This document shows positions 26,372 to 38,070 of a stretch of DNA of 64,000 bases, one piece after another. Under the pieces are notes generated by a model that saw only the letters and a list, made by a program, of their open reading frames with translations, was not told the origin of the DNA and ran no database searches. Each line of letters begins with the position of its first letter. The stretch's first letter is position 1. Where the stretch lies: positions 27,696 to 91,695 of the forward strand of contig JAUCBJ010008156.1 in NCBI GenBank assembly GCA_032718475.1. Reading direction: 5' to 3'. The position numbers and the translations under genes were made by a program. The stretch is from Nemertoderma westbladi. Taxonomy: Eukaryota; Animalia; Xenacoelomorpha.

Positions 26372-28644
26372 TGTAAGGGTCCAGTAGTATACCGCTTACC
26401 AGATCCTAGTAACGATGTATCTTACTATGAGACTCTAGTAATGTATACGGGCTCGTACAGTATCTGACAACAAATCCCAGTCCAGGATATCTAAACAAAC
26501 AGATACAATACACAAACGACTACTGGCGAGGAACAGAGCCTAGTATCTATTCTATGTACGTGAGCGGGTTTAATGCCTACGTACTAGACAAAAGGATACC
26601 TGTCCTCTAACCGGTGAGGCAGATGTACAGTTACAGTAACAGACCAAACTCACGGGAAAACAATCCCCGCGCAGCGAATCCTAACTATCACTGACAGTCC
26701 TAAATACAGTAACTTGCCGCGGTGTGATTTATATGGTATATATACGAACTAGGTGGTTAACAGACCTAGTGTAACAATGCTGATTACCCCTGTCTAAATC
26801 AGCCTAAAAGGTCGTGCCTAAATGTAACAATAACTGATCCCCCTGTACGAAATCAGTCTAAAGGGTCAGGCCTAAATGTAACAATAACTGCTGGACAGAA
26901 ATCAACAGTTTATAACGAAAGTGAAATACTCTCTCTTGCCGCAACTAAATATCAGATCCTAATTTTACAAATACAGATAATTTCTACCTAAAATAATGTA
27001 TAGTGCGCTATAGCTAGTAGAACTCTAAGGGCAATATGTTTTAGGGCGTGTGTGTGTGGGTGTGTTACAAATAAAACAATTTCGTGTATTTCTTTTTACT
27101 AGGTTTTAGTGATTTTCTGACTGAAATGATACCGTGCGCTAGCTACTAAAATAAACTAGTCGCGTTTGTAGAACTTTATACTCACAAAATGACGTCAAAG
27201 CTCTCTCCTTCCTATCCACAACCCAATGGGCAACCACAGTGTTAGTAACTACACCCGTGATCGGCACTAATACCAGATTCTGGTTGTAAGATAAGGAATA
27301 GGGGTTAATTGCTACCGTACGTTAGCTGATCTGGTATACTAATTTAATTCTAGAACTTTGTTGCTGCGGTAGTTAGCAGCAATACCTATCAGTACGTGGC
27401 AAGGCGCGGTAGGATATTAATAAACCTCCCTAGGCCAAGCAGTGTGCCGGTAGCAGAAATACTCCTTGCCTGATCAAATAGCTAACTCCAGACAGGGGGG
27501 GGGGGGGGGGGTACTAATGTACGTTCTACAAAGCGAACCGGTACCAAACAGTCAGTGCTACGAATCACTAAATTATGGAACATATGCTGTCCGTACCTAA
27601 TATGTACTCGCGTACTGACGAATGGCAATAGTTCGCACCTGTAGGAAGTACAGGTTAACCCAGGGGTTCGTAGGACTGACAAAGGGGGGGGGGGGGGTGT
27701 TTCTGTCTGAATATAATTATTTGATCCTAAATTTGCGGCGTCCAGTACGGCGTCACGCTTACCCTGATCTATAGGTCTTACGGCGGGCAAGGGCGTCGAA
27801 CAAAGTCTTACCTTCTCACAAAGCGGGCGCTGCATAGCAAGTGGAGTATTTCGAAGGGCAAAGGGGGTGCGCGGTCAATCCAAATGTGGGCGCTAGTGTG
27901 TTGTGGACATCTCTTCCCTGCGTTGCTTACCGCCTAACGGTCTAGGCTGCCATCTCCCTGATGTTTGGCTGTCCCAAAGTTGGACCAAAAGAAAACATGT
28001 TCAGGAATTTGCAGTATATTTACAGTTTTTACAAAGGATTTATCAAAATAAAGTTTCAACAAGAAACCGAAATAACTAATAACAATTTAGAATAACGTAT
28101 AAGGAGAATTTTACAAAGTGGTAAGAAGTCGTAGAAGGGTGATAACCGAAGGCAAACCGGCCTTTTATACTAAATATCGCACATGGAAACTAAACAGAAT
28201 TTTCCACAGCTTCACATTTGAGCAATAAAGTGCTTCGTGCCCTATGATTGGCCCAGCTCATCGTTCAACGCAGTCCGGCCCTTACACTAATCTGGGACAT
28301 GGAATCCTAACAGAATTTTCCACTGCCTACATTTGAGCAATAAGATAATTTATGCCCTATGATTGGCCTGGCTCATCATTCGCTACGTTGTACGTTGTGC
28401 AAACAAAATAAATGGTCCCAAAATACAATTTTCCCGACCGGGATTCGAACTCGTAACCTATGTAATGTAACCAACGCCTTAACCATCTGACCACTACGCC
28501 ACAAGAGTACCTAAGAGTTTTATGTGTACAAATATGAATAGGCATATTACATTACTGTAACTCAATCAAAATACGTCGGATTTTCGAAAGTTTTTACGTT
28601 AAAGTTAAACTACAAATGCTATCTTATAGTGAAATAATTCATCA
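26372..28644 (-). repeat. 3' LTR of element B (2273 bp)
   Basis: Near-identical to 42935..45224; preceded on the minus strand by a short PPT GGAGCAG (28651-28645). Confidence 0.96.
28431..28500 (-). ncRNA. tRNA-derived Pol III A/B-box cassette in the 3' LTR
   Basis: TGGCGTAGTGG/TGGTCAGATGG A boxes, GAGTTCGAATCC B box, TTTT just downstream; anticodon stem does not pair. Confidence 0.7.
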
Positions 28645-29295
28645 CTGCTCCATGAAAACAGTAAGTAAGACTGTTTTCACCAATCGAAACATAAAATATT
28701 TACAAACTACTTCTAAATCTACTAGTAGGGCTTAAAATATAAAATATAATCACTATCTAATTATTGCATACTTAATATTGCAGATACGGCGTAAATACAA
28801 TCGATCGTACATACAAATACAAATTTACGAATTAACTTTAGTGCCTAAAATACAAAAAAAAGGCTTTCGGTTATCAAGGTAAGCAAATTAAACAAATCAG
28901 AACAAACAAATCGAACAAATAAATCAAAACAAATCAAACAAATAATTCAAACTCTTTCGATAAATCTTTATATATTGTAAATATACCTAATAAACCTTCA
29001 CCAAATTAAATCGGTCCAAATATAATATAAACATAATGCGCTAATAACTTTCAATAATGTCCTCCTGACGATCTAATAGTTCGTCCTGCTGGTCTGGATA
29101 TCTTCTCCTGAGCACCAATTGCTAACGGTAGGCTCGCAAGCCTTCCTTTCCATATCTCGCTCCTCCAAACCCAACATTCAAACATAACGTCCAATATAAA
29201 TATCCAAATATAATATCCAAATATGATATCCAAATAAAATATCAAAATAAATATCCAAAATCGGTAGGCTCGCAAGCCTTCCTTCCACTCGCTTC

Positions 29296-31122
29296 CTATT
29301 CCTTCGCTGAGCGGGCTCGTCCACGTCCTCTAGTGCGATTGGGGGGTGGTCGAGGTCGAACTGGGCTCGGACTTCGGCGTCGAGTCGTCGGTGGTTCCAA
29401 AACGCTAGGAAAGGGGACGACGGGAGTTCCGCACATCCGTCGTGCGCTTAATCCTCTAAATCCTCGTCCGATTCCAACTGTTGGCTTAACATCGGATCGA
29501 GTTTCTACAACGCTAGGAGGAAGTCGAAAGGGTAGGACCGTTCCGTCCGTTGACACCTCGCTCTCTGACGTCGTTTGAATCCTAATGGGTTCAGTCAAAG
29601 CGTATCCTGTCCCTCCGCGTGGTTCTCTAGCAAGGGAAACCGTGCCCCGAGTCATCCGGATTTGTGACTTCGTCAGTTGGTCGTCTGTCAAGATGTGTTG
29701 CGTCGGTACTACTTTAGCCATAGCTGTCTTTATTGAGCCAATCAGCCTTTCCCAAACGCCGCCTCTCCACGGACTGTCTGGAGTATTAAAATACCAAACA
29801 ATACGGTGAGGACGTAGTTCCTCGGAAATCTGGTTTTGGTCCAATTTTCTCAAAGCTCTGGTTATTTCGTTCCGTGCACCCACAAAGTTTGTCCCTTGGT
29901 CGCAGTAAATGGATTTGACCAATCCACGTCTAGCGATAAATCGCCGTAAGGCTAGGATAAAGGCATTGGTGGTCAAGTCTGTCACTCGCTCTATATGGAC
30001 AGCTCTGCTGGCCATGCAAGTGAAGATCAATCCCCAACGTTTTACCTGTACCCTTCCGCGTTTCGCGATTATGGGTCCAAAACAGTCTATCCCTGTCTCA
30101 GTGAAAGGGGGTCTAAACGCCTGTAATCTAGCTAGTGGTAGTTCACTCATTTCTTGGTGTCCTATCCTCGCGTGCACCTTCTTACAAATAATACAGTTCC
30201 GTGTTACCGAACTCAGTGCCTTACTAGGTCTAATCAGTACAAACCTCGAACGTAAGTGTGATAGACAGTGGTGTCTACCTACGTGTTTGAGTTGTACATG
30301 TGCGTCCAGTATCATGGCGCGCTGTAACTCATGGTGTTGCGGTATGATGATAGGATACCTAAAGTCAAGTTCAAAGTCGATGTTTTGGAGTCTGGACTTG
30401 TGACAAAGTAAGCCCCGGTAAATAATCGGACTCCAACTCAAAATCGGTGAAGACTTAATCTGTTTACCTTGTTTGATCGCTGTAAACTCTTGTGCGAAAT
30501 ATCGCAATTGATAATGTCGAATGATATCAACTTCACAGTGGCCAATTTCCTTTAAGGTAAGTCTTATAGGAAAGTCGCGTTTGCCTCTGGCATATTGTCT
30601 CAATCGTTTGAGCCATGCTAACTTGCGGCACGCGTCAGTCCAGGATCTAGTTAGGTTCACTATCCTGTCAACGTAAGTGTTAGTGACGTCATCGGGTAAG
30701 GTGTAGTCGTAGTGTGGATACTTGTCTGGACTTGGTAGGCCCACGGGCCTTCCGGTAGGTTTGTCTGAGTCCCCAAGTACGTCAATCTCTACGGTCTTAC
30801 CTTTGCCGTCCGCACCTAATGTGTCGACTGGCAGTAATGGTTTCAACTCTACAGTGTCAGTGTGTTCCTGTGAGCCTGTAAGCTTCCTAACCTTAGTCAC
30901 ACGTTTACCTGTAGGTAAGTCAAGTACCTTCTTCGAGCGGAGTGTAATCCCTGTGGACACACCTTTGTCGTCCAAAGAAGTCAAATTCGGTAAGTCTCTA
31001 AAAGTCCGCTCCAATGGGTCTTCTAATGGAGTGTCTAGTAGACAGTCTGGTGAAGCGTCTGGTGAACAGTCTGGTGAGACATCTGGTGAGACATAGCGCG
31101 GAACATCCGGCGAAATGTCCTG
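29296..31122 (-). CDS. Element B integrase (HHCC + DDE core), usual C-terminal domain missing
   Basis: HVQLKH...CIIC; GIDCFGP; YCDQGTNF; PWRGGVWERLIG; sequence departs from the BEL pattern after LTDDQLT. Confidence 0.9.
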   Translation of the reverse strand, partial: QDISPDVPRYVSPDVSPDCSPDASPDCLLDTPLEDPLERTFRDLPNLTSLDDKGVSTGITLRSKKVLDLPTGKRVTKVRKLTGSQEHTDTVELKPLLPVDTLGADGKGKTVEIDVLGDSDKPTGRPVGLPSPDKYPHYDYTLPDDVTNTYVDRIVNLTRSWTDACRKLAWLKRLRQYARGKRDFPIRLTLKEIGHCEVDIIRHYQLRYFAQEFTAIKQGKQIKSSPILSWSPIIYRGLLCHKSRLQNIDFELDFRYPIIIPQHHELQRAMILDAHVQLKHVGRHHCLSHLRSRFVLIRPSKALSSVTRNCIICKKVHARIGHQEMSELPLARLQAFRPPFTETGIDCFGPIIAKRGRVQVKRWGLIFTCMASRAVHIERVTDLTTNAFILALRRFIARRGLVKSIYCDQGTNFVGARNEITRALRKLDQNQISEELRPHRIVWYFNTPDSPWRGGVWERLIGSIKTAMAKVVPTQHILTDDQLTKSQIRMTRGTVSLAREPRGGTGYALTEPIRIQTTSESEVSTDGTVLPFRLPPSVVETRSDVKPTVGIGRGFRGLSARRMCGTPVVPFPSVLEPPTTRRRSPSPVRPRPPPNRTRGRGRARSAKE

Positions 31123-31435
31123 TCATTGGTCCCAAAGTCTGTCTAGCGTAACTTCTGTCAGAAAGTCTGGTTCAAAGTCTGGTGAACAGTCTGTCGAGAT
31201 GTCTGGTGGAAAGTCTGGTGAGACGTCCGGTAGACATTCTGTCGAGAGTTCTATCAAACAATCTGGCGAACAATCCGGAGAACAATCTGGTGTCGCTTCT
31301 GGTGAATAATCTGGCGAGTAATCTGGTGAACAATCCGGCGAAACGTCTGGTGAAATCTCCCGCGGAACATCCGGCGAAGGATTCGTACAAGCTTCTGGTC
31401 GAGTGTCTGGCGAGACGTCTGGCGTAATGTCAGGT
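31030..31435 (-). repeat. 12-bp coding tandem repeat (SPD[C/V/Y]) in the RNase H-integrase linker
   Basis: TCTGGTGAACAG-type units on the plus strand. Confidence 0.9.
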
Positions 31436-34400
31436 CTGGCGTCCAGGTCATCAGATTTCGTCCGTCCTTTTTTCCTCTTGACCTTGGCGTTGGCTTTCGC
31501 TTTAGACTTGACAACCTTGTCGAGTTTTATCTCGGCACCCTCTGGTATGGTGTTGGTCGTCGCGTCGAATAACGGTGGCCATTCGTCTGATGGTCGCTGT
31601 AGGAAATCGGGTCCTCTAAACCAAAAGGATTTATTGTCCGGTTTACAAAAGTCAAGTGGTTGCATCCCCCGTGACGCGATGTCAGCTGGGTTCAGCTTCC
31701 CTGGACAGTGACGCCAATCTTGTTTGAGCGACCAGTCTAGTATTTCAGCCCGTCTGTTGGCTACGAAATTCTTGAACTCAAATGCTTTGTTGTTTATGTA
31801 CCAAAGTACCAACGTCGCATCCGTCCAATACGTGACCTTCAAGTTAGCCTCCAGCTCGCGTTGAACTAGACTGACAATATCGGTGGATATCGTCCCGGCT
31901 TGCAGCTCCCCACGAGGTACAGTCATATACTTCAATGGCATTGTTCTAGCCCTTGAAGTAACGAGAGATACATCGTAGCTGTCCGATGTCACTTGTCGTC
32001 TAAGGTATAAAGTAACCCCCAATCCATCCTTGCTAGCGTCACTAAAGCTGTGAAGCTCTAAATCGGCAGGAAAGGTGGTTTGCAAAGGAAAGTATACCCT
32101 TGGTATGGTATAGTCTTGTAGGAACGTCAGTTGGGCTTCCCAGTCCCTCCATCGCTCAGCTAACTTTGCTGGGATGGGATCGTCCCATTCCAGTCCGGCT
32201 TGCCAAATGCTGCGGAGTATGATCCTAGCATGTAGGATCACTGGACTAATGAAACACAATGGGTCATACAATCGACTCATGGTCGATAAGCAAGTTCTCT
32301 TAGTGAGAGGTCTAGTCTGGTCGTTGGACCTTACACGTACCCTAAAATTGTCGGTGTTAGGGTCCCAACTAAGTCCTAATACTTTGGTCGTCGGCAGAGG
32401 TTCTAGGTCTAAGTCCAAGTCACCTCCACTGCGATCCGTCGGGTCAAATGAGTTCACCAGTTCGGGTTCGTTGGAAGCGAACTTCGTCAGGTGAAATCCG
32501 CCCTCAGCGAGACAATCCTGGAGTTGGTGTGCTACGGTAGTAGCGCGCTCCAAGGTGTCACAACTCTTGAGGCCGTCATCCACGTAGAAGTCTCGTTCCA
32601 CGGTCCGAACTACTTCTGGGTCAAATTGGTCTCGTCTGTCCAATGCTGTCTGCTTCAATGCGTACATGGTGCAGTTGGGGCTGTCCCTGGCTCCAAATAC
32701 TCTTACCTGCATTTGGTAAGTTTCTGGCGGAAGTTGTAAGTTTCCGTCCGGATACCAAAGAAACCTCAAACTGTCCCTGTCCCGCTCCAAAGCCTTAACC
32801 TGGTGAAACATGGCCTCTACGTCACAGGTGAAAGCCACTTTGCGTTGCCTAAAACGCATTAGGACTCCCATGAGGTAATTATTCATATTCGGCCCGTCCA
32901 TCAGTTCGCTGTTCATAGACATCCCTTGGTAAAGCGCAGCGCAGTCGTTGACTACACGCACCTTGCCAGGTTTGTCCGGGTGTCGAACAAAATGATGTGG
33001 CAGGTAATATGTCTGGTCTGTGGTTACCTCGGGATTTAACATCCTAATGGCGTATCCCTTTTGGAGATACGTCTGAAGTTGTGCATTGTATTGCATATGG
33101 GCCGTCTCGTCTCGCAACAATCGCTGCCTTATTGATTTGAGTCGCCTCAAAGCAAGCGGGTAATTGTTAACGAGTTTAGGTTGTCCATCGCGCCACAACA
33201 TACCAACCTCATAGTGGCCATTCGCGGTCTGGCGAATGGTATCTCTCATAATATTTAATGACCGTTTTTCCTGTTCTGACATAGCGGTCTCGTAACTACC
33301 GGGTTCTGCTGAGTCCTGTTCCAACCATTGTATGGTACGTTCAGTCAGCAGTCGGTCAAGCGCTGCTTGCACTGCGCCATGGTCCTCGTCCACGTCTTCG
33401 TCCGCTGCGGTGGCTAGTGTCAATGTGTCTGGTAGGCTCGCAAGCCTTCCGGTGTCACTAGTCGGCGTCGAATCGTCGTGCGGCGGTTTGACAACCTTTT
33501 GATCTGTCGGTAGGCTCGCAAGCCTTCCAAGATCAACGACCGGTGTCAAAGCCTGGTGGGTGGGGTCAATGACCTTCGGATTTTTCGGTAGGCTCGCAAG
33601 CCTTCCAAAATCCTCGTTCATCGAGTCATCCACGGCAACAACCCTTAGGTCTTCAGTAGTCAATACAACCTGGTCTACTGCAAGTAGTTGTAAGTCAGAG
33701 GTCCGTATGGTCGTGTCCAGATCGGTTACGTCAGTATCGGTGGCGTCTGCGTTAGTGACGCAAGTCTGTCGTAGTGCCGTCCGTACAATTGGACCACAGG
33801 AGTGTGAAGGAGAATTATCTATCGTGTTAGTCAATAAACTACACGTACTCAAAACGTCGTCCTCCTGGTCACTTACCTCTAGTGAACGTATTGGTGCTCT
33901 AGTATACCAACCTATGGGAGTTCTACATGCGTAGGGGTTGCCCGCTGTAATAACAGATGGGCGTGTCTCCCATACCTGATGTAAGTTAAACTGGTCTGTC
34001 CCAATTAACATCGCAATAGAACGATAATTGACAGGACATTCCGGTATTCCAAGGTGTCGGAAATACTTACGATCTTCCGGTGATTGCTCTGGCACAGGGC
34101 CGAGCAAGTTACTAAAGTCCTTCGTAGCTGCAAAGGTCAAATTTCTTACCGGAAGTAATGAGCGCTCCTCCTTGCTGTGTTCCGCTTTGGAAAGAAGAGT
34201 GTCTAAAGTTAATTTTACTCTCGTCACAGGAATCGCTCTCTTACCATGCATGCTGCTTACAGTATACTGAGCAGTCTTACCTTGACTCATGTCCGTAACT
34301 ACGTCGGCTACTTGTTCGTCGACATAGCTATGCGATGACGCAGAGTCTAAGATGGCGTATATACGCTTGCTCCCTCGGGTTCCGGTAATCTTTATAGGAA

Positions 34401-35964
34401 TCACGCTAAACCCTTTCAATTGGTTCTGTGTGAGGAGCGTTATCGAAGGCTGTTCCTCACCTGCATGCACGTAAAAAGTGTCGTCTTCCTCCTCGTCCTC
34501 GTCCGATGATCCTGACTGATCCATACAGTCGGTATAAAAGGTACGGATCTCGCGCGGCGCACGCTCCTTATAAAGCGCGTCGCATCTAGCCGCTTTATCT
34601 GGATGCTCTCGTCGAAAGCGTCTGGTCGGAGTATGACTGGTTGTGTGAAGCAACGCGTCATGGTTACGTCCACACAGAGAACATGTATCGTCGCTCGGGC
34701 AATCCTTCCGGACGTGTCCTGGCTTCATACATCTCCAACAGGAATCTAGAGATCGGATTTGGAGTCTCCTCTCCTCGATCCCTAACTCTTTAAAAGCGCA
34801 ACATCCACGTAGTTTATGTCCGCTATGGTTTCTGCCGTTCCGCTCGCAGTATGAGCATCCCACAAAGTCCGCCGGCAACTGTTGTCGTGGCTGCGTGGTG
34901 CCGATAGGCGTCAGAACTTTAGAAGTCTCAGTAGGGGTGGCGTAAGTAACGGCTTTCGCGTTCGTCGGAAATGGTTTTGTCCGAGTCGGCGCAGAAACAG
35001 CTATCCCTTCCGCCGCGATATGGTGATCGGTATAGTTCGATCGAGTCTCGATCACGGCCTCCCGTGAAATAAGTTGATAGACATCGGTGAGTTGTAATAA
35101 CCCTCCGGCCTCTTCACGCTGGTACTCGATGCGTCGCCATTCTCGTCGTAGTCGATGGTGAAGTCGACCGATTATTCGAATGAGAACCGTCGGTGCGTTA
35201 GCGTACTCGAGTTGTCCAATGGACCGTAAAGTCCCTATAGCGTTCTTTATTTCGTCCGCGAGTCGTAAAAGGTCGATCGGTCTCGAAATGTTGCCTCCTC
35301 TGCAGAGGTCTTCAATGATGGATTTAGCCATGGCGACGTTACCGCCGTAAATCGAATACAAACGGTCGTACGCCAATTCAAAGGCATCGGGAACTCCAAT
35401 GAAAGTTTCCGCTAATCGTTTCGGCTCACCAGACAGAACTTGGAGCAAGTAATTAAACTTCTCCGTTGAGGTGAAAGCACACTTAGCGATCTGGGACTCT
35501 ACGTAGTCTACCAGTGTGCGCCAGTGTTTCGCGTTGCCAGAGAACTTCGGCGGTTGCTGTGCCGGTAATCCGTGTCTAGCCGCGAATTTCGCAATCTCGC
35601 TAACCAAATCCAACTGTCCGCGTCCTTGTTCGGTGGCGTCGTCCAGTCGCTCCCTTCCGTGCGTTGTTCGTCGGTAGGAATTATTAACGGGATCTTCTTC
35701 TCGATGTGTCGGAGTCCGTCTAGTCTCCTGTTCTCTCCTCGGTGGTCGATGTTGTCTAGGTTGTTCCAACTCCACGCTGGTTCGTGATCGATCCGACGGT
35801 TGCGCTTTGAGTCGCTCTTCTATCTGAGCTAGTCGGTCCGCTACAGGTCGCATTATTTCGGCGAGTCTGTTGGTGCTGATCGCTTCCGCTGGTTGCAACG
35901 TGGGTTTCTGTTGGGGTGTTTCTCGAGGTGGATTGTCGATGTAGGGATTCGTCGACCTCTCCTC
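31123..35964 (-). CDS. Element B gag-protease-RT-RNase H polyprotein
   Basis: PPKFSG/EKFNYL gag core, three zinc knuckles, ILDSAS, YYLPHH, CDVEAMFHQV, FYVDDG, FSDAS, NPADIASRG. Confidence 0.95.
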   Translation of the reverse strand, partial: EERSTNPYIDNPPRETPQQKPTLQPAEAISTNRLAEIMRPVADRLAQIEERLKAQPSDRSRTSVELEQPRQHRPPRREQETRRTPTHREEDPVNNSYRRTTHGRERLDDATEQGRGQLDLVSEIAKFAARHGLPAQQPPKFSGNAKHWRTLVDYVESQIAKCAFTSTEKFNYLLQVLSGEPKRLAETFIGVPDAFELAYDRLYSIYGGNVAMAKSIIEDLCRGGNISRPIDLLRLADEIKNAIGTLRSIGQLEYANAPTVLIRIIGRLHHRLRREWRRIEYQREEAGGLLQLTDVYQLISREAVIETRSNYTDHHIAAEGIAVSAPTRTKPFPTNAKAVTYATPTETSKVLTPIGTTQPRQQLPADFVGCSYCERNGRNHSGHKLRGCCAFKELGIEERRLQIRSLDSCWRCMKPGHVRKDCPSDDTCSLCGRNHDALLHTTSHTPTRRFRREHPDKAARCDALYKERAPREIRTFYTDCMDQSGSSDEDEEEDDTFYVHAGEEQPSITLLTQNQLKGFSVIPIKITGTRGSKRIYAILDSASSHSYVDEQVADVVTDMSQGKTAQYTVSSMHGKRAIPVTRVKLTLDTLLSKAEHSKEERSLLPVRNLTFAATKDFSNLLGPVPEQSPEDRKYFRHLGIPECPVNYRSIAMLIGTDQFNLHQVWETRPSVITAGNPYACRTPIGWYTRAPIRSLEVSDQEDDVLSTCSLLTNTIDNSPSHSCGPIVRTALRQTCVTNADATDTDVTDLDTTIRTSDLQLLAVDQVVLTTEDLRVVAVDDSMNEDFGRLASLPKNPKVIDPTHQALTPVVDLGRLASLPTDQKVVKPPHDDSTPTSDTGRLASLPDTLTLATAADEDVDEDHGAVQAALDRLLTERTIQWLEQDSAEPGSYETAMSEQEKRSLNIMRDTIRQTANGHYEVGMLWRDGQPKLVNNYPLALRRLKSIRQRLLRDETAHMQYNAQLQTYLQKGYAIRMLNPEVTTDQTYYLPHHFVRHPDKPGKVRVVNDCAALYQGMSMNSELMDGPNMNNYLMGVLMRFRQRKVAFTCDVEAMFHQVKALERDRDSLRFLWYPDGNLQLPPETYQMQVRVFGARDSPNCTMYALKQTALDRRDQFDPEVVRTVERDFYVDDGLKSCDTLERATTVAHQLQDCLAEGGFHLTKFASNEPELVNSFDPTDRSGGDLDLDLEPLPTTKVLGLSWDPNTDNFRVRVRSNDQTRPLTKRTCLSTMSRLYDPLCFISPVILHARIILRSIWQAGLEWDDPIPAKLAERWRDWEAQLTFLQDYTIPRVYFPLQTTFPADLELHSFSDASKDGLGVTLYLRRQVTSDSYDVSLVTSRARTMPLKYMTVPRGELQAGTISTDIVSLVQRELEANLKVTYWTDATLVLWYINNKAFEFKNFVANRRAEILDWSLKQDWRHCPGKLNPADIASRGMQPLDFCKPDNKSFWFRGPDFLQRPSDEWPPLFDATTNTIPEGAEIKLDKVVKSKAKANAKVKRKKGRTKSDDLDARPDITPDVSPDTRPEACTNPSPDVPREISPDVSPDCSPDYSPDYSPEATPDCSPDCSPDCLIELSTECLPDVSPDFPPDISTDCSPDFEPDFLTEVTLDRLWDQ

Positions 35965-38070
35965 TCATTTGTAATCTTCCGCCGCTCCAGTACGGAATAT
36001 TTCCCGTTCCGTCGACTCCGAGTCGCTAGATGAGTCGCTGTCGTCCGGATAAGGTGGCTGGCGGGTTCGTGTCCGGCGTATTATTCTAGATTTTGTCCAT
36101 TGCGGTCCGGAATCTACGGCTCTCCATTGTTCGGTAGGCTCGCAAGCCTTCCACGAAGTCGTAGGTCTCGCTATACGTTGTCCGATCCCGTGGGTACTAC
36201 CCACATCCATCCTCCTCCGTAGTTCAGTAGGCTCGCAAGCCTTCCACGAAGTCGTAGGTTGCGTCGAACATTGTGTCAACGGTCGAGTGAAATAGTCGGG
36301 TTTCGTAGTCGGTCTGTAAATAACTGGATTTGCACAGCAGGTCACAGGTTTAACTTGTAATGGTTTACTCACCTGTTTAATGGTCATAAACGCAGGTTCC
36401 TCTCTTCCTACAAGTAGACTACGACTTACTGTAGGTGGACTAGTTACGTTACCTGCTAAAATCGGCGATGAAGTCGCCCTAGGTTGCGGTATTTCTGTCA
36501 CAACAAACCTCTTGCCTTGCGTCGGACGCACAGGCATTATTCCCTTAGGTTTCGTAACGAAGACCGGTTTTATCAGATTCGTGGGTTTGAGCATAGGAAT
36601 AACTTGGGGAAAACGTTTACAGTAATCCTCGACGAACTCCTCTCCTCAATCTATCGCTCCCACACTTCCTTCCTCGATCCGCTTCTGTATGCCGCGATAT
36701 CGAGCTTCCATACGATCCAGGGCAGACAAGTCGTGTCCAGTCCGCGATCTTATAGATCTATCTCTCGCGTCGAGTTCGAGGTCCGCTTGCGCGTTCGCTG
36801 TCTCGCGCGATCTACGATTCAATTCGAACTGTAGTTGCATCTCCCTTTCGCGTCGATTCGCTACTTGTTGTTGTGCCGCTAACTCCGCTTCCTGTATAGC
36901 TAAGCGTGCGTTTATTTGTCGTGCCTCCAACTTAGCGCGAGCATCGGACGCTGCCTTCTTCCGTGCTAACTCAGCTGCGTTTACCGCCGCAACTCGTACT
37001 AGCTCGTCGGCTGCCGTCTGTCGTGCTAACTCGTCCGCTGCTGCTGCCGCGGCCGCTTCTTGCGCCAAGTTTTCCTCCAATCTGCGCATTTCCAAAGCTT
37101 CGAATTCGGCTTGCGCCTTGAGTTGCGCAATTCTTGCTTCGTCCTCTCTATGTTGTTTCTCTCCTTCGATGGCGATCTGTGCCATCTGGTGTTGCGCTTC
37201 TTTCTCGGCGACTTGTTGTTGGCGTGCAACCTCCTGTTGTTGTCGAGTAATTCCAGACGCTGTTCTACTAACGTCGCCAACGTCGCTCCGTACGCTAACG
37301 AACGATCTATCCAGTGGTGGATGTTGGTAAGCTCGCGAGCCTTCTGTAGTGAGAACTTCCGTCGTCCCTTGCGGTTCGACTTCCGGTTCGTCAATCGGTA
37401 CGCCGCATCTACGAAGAAAATTGGTTAGCGTTTCCAACCTTCCGTCCAGGCAGTAGAGTTCTTCTTCCTCTTCGGGTTGTAACAACGCGTCCGAAACTGA
37501 CTCACCTAGCAGTTGGTCAAACTGCTCCTGTTGAGCCAATCTTATTACTGACTTAAACTGGATAATGCTTTCTCTCGCACTTACTAATTTATCTACTATC
37601 TTTACCTGAGTAAAGTTGTCGCCACGCAACTCCGCAAGTTCGTGTAAACCTTTAAGTTTATCTACGGAGGCATGTACCCTACCTTCTATCCTTACCTGTA
37701 AGGTGTAGAACTCGCATCTCAACATCGGAGCAGTTAACTCGCGTAAAACGCGAAAACCTTCTCCGAGGTTCCGAGTAATCTGGGCCATGTGTCCTCCTAT
37801 ACTTCTAATAACGTTCTCCTGGCTTCCAGTCGAACTTACCATGTCCGGTTCCCGCGATCTAGTCTGCGGGACGGTAAGGAAATCTTCGATTCTGCCGTCG
37901 CCACGCGTTGCGGCTTCCGGTATTTCCGTTCGGGGTACCGGCGACGCAAGCGGTGTGACATCGGTGGAATCTCGGGTTCTCCTTCTCGGTTCGTCTACTG
38001 TCGATCTGTCCGGGTCGCACGAGTCATAGTCGGTAGGTGGGTATCTCGTCGAATGGGGTGTGTCACTCAT
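35965..38070 (-). CDS. Element B N-terminal coiled-coil and low-complexity region (same frame as pol; TGA at 36646 and 35965)
   Basis: 474-aa Ala/Glu/Gln-rich ORF, then an open in-frame Pro/Thr-rich segment. Confidence 0.75.

Noticed and set aside
28431-28500. Functional or UGA-suppressor tRNA gene
   Set aside because: The anticodon stem does not pair, the acceptor and T stems are poor, and there is no TCA anticodon.
29296-38070. Host-wide reassignment of TGA to a sense codon
   Set aside because: Trp and Cys use standard codons at conserved sites, and the LINE at 23511 ends at TGA directly before an AT-rich UTR.
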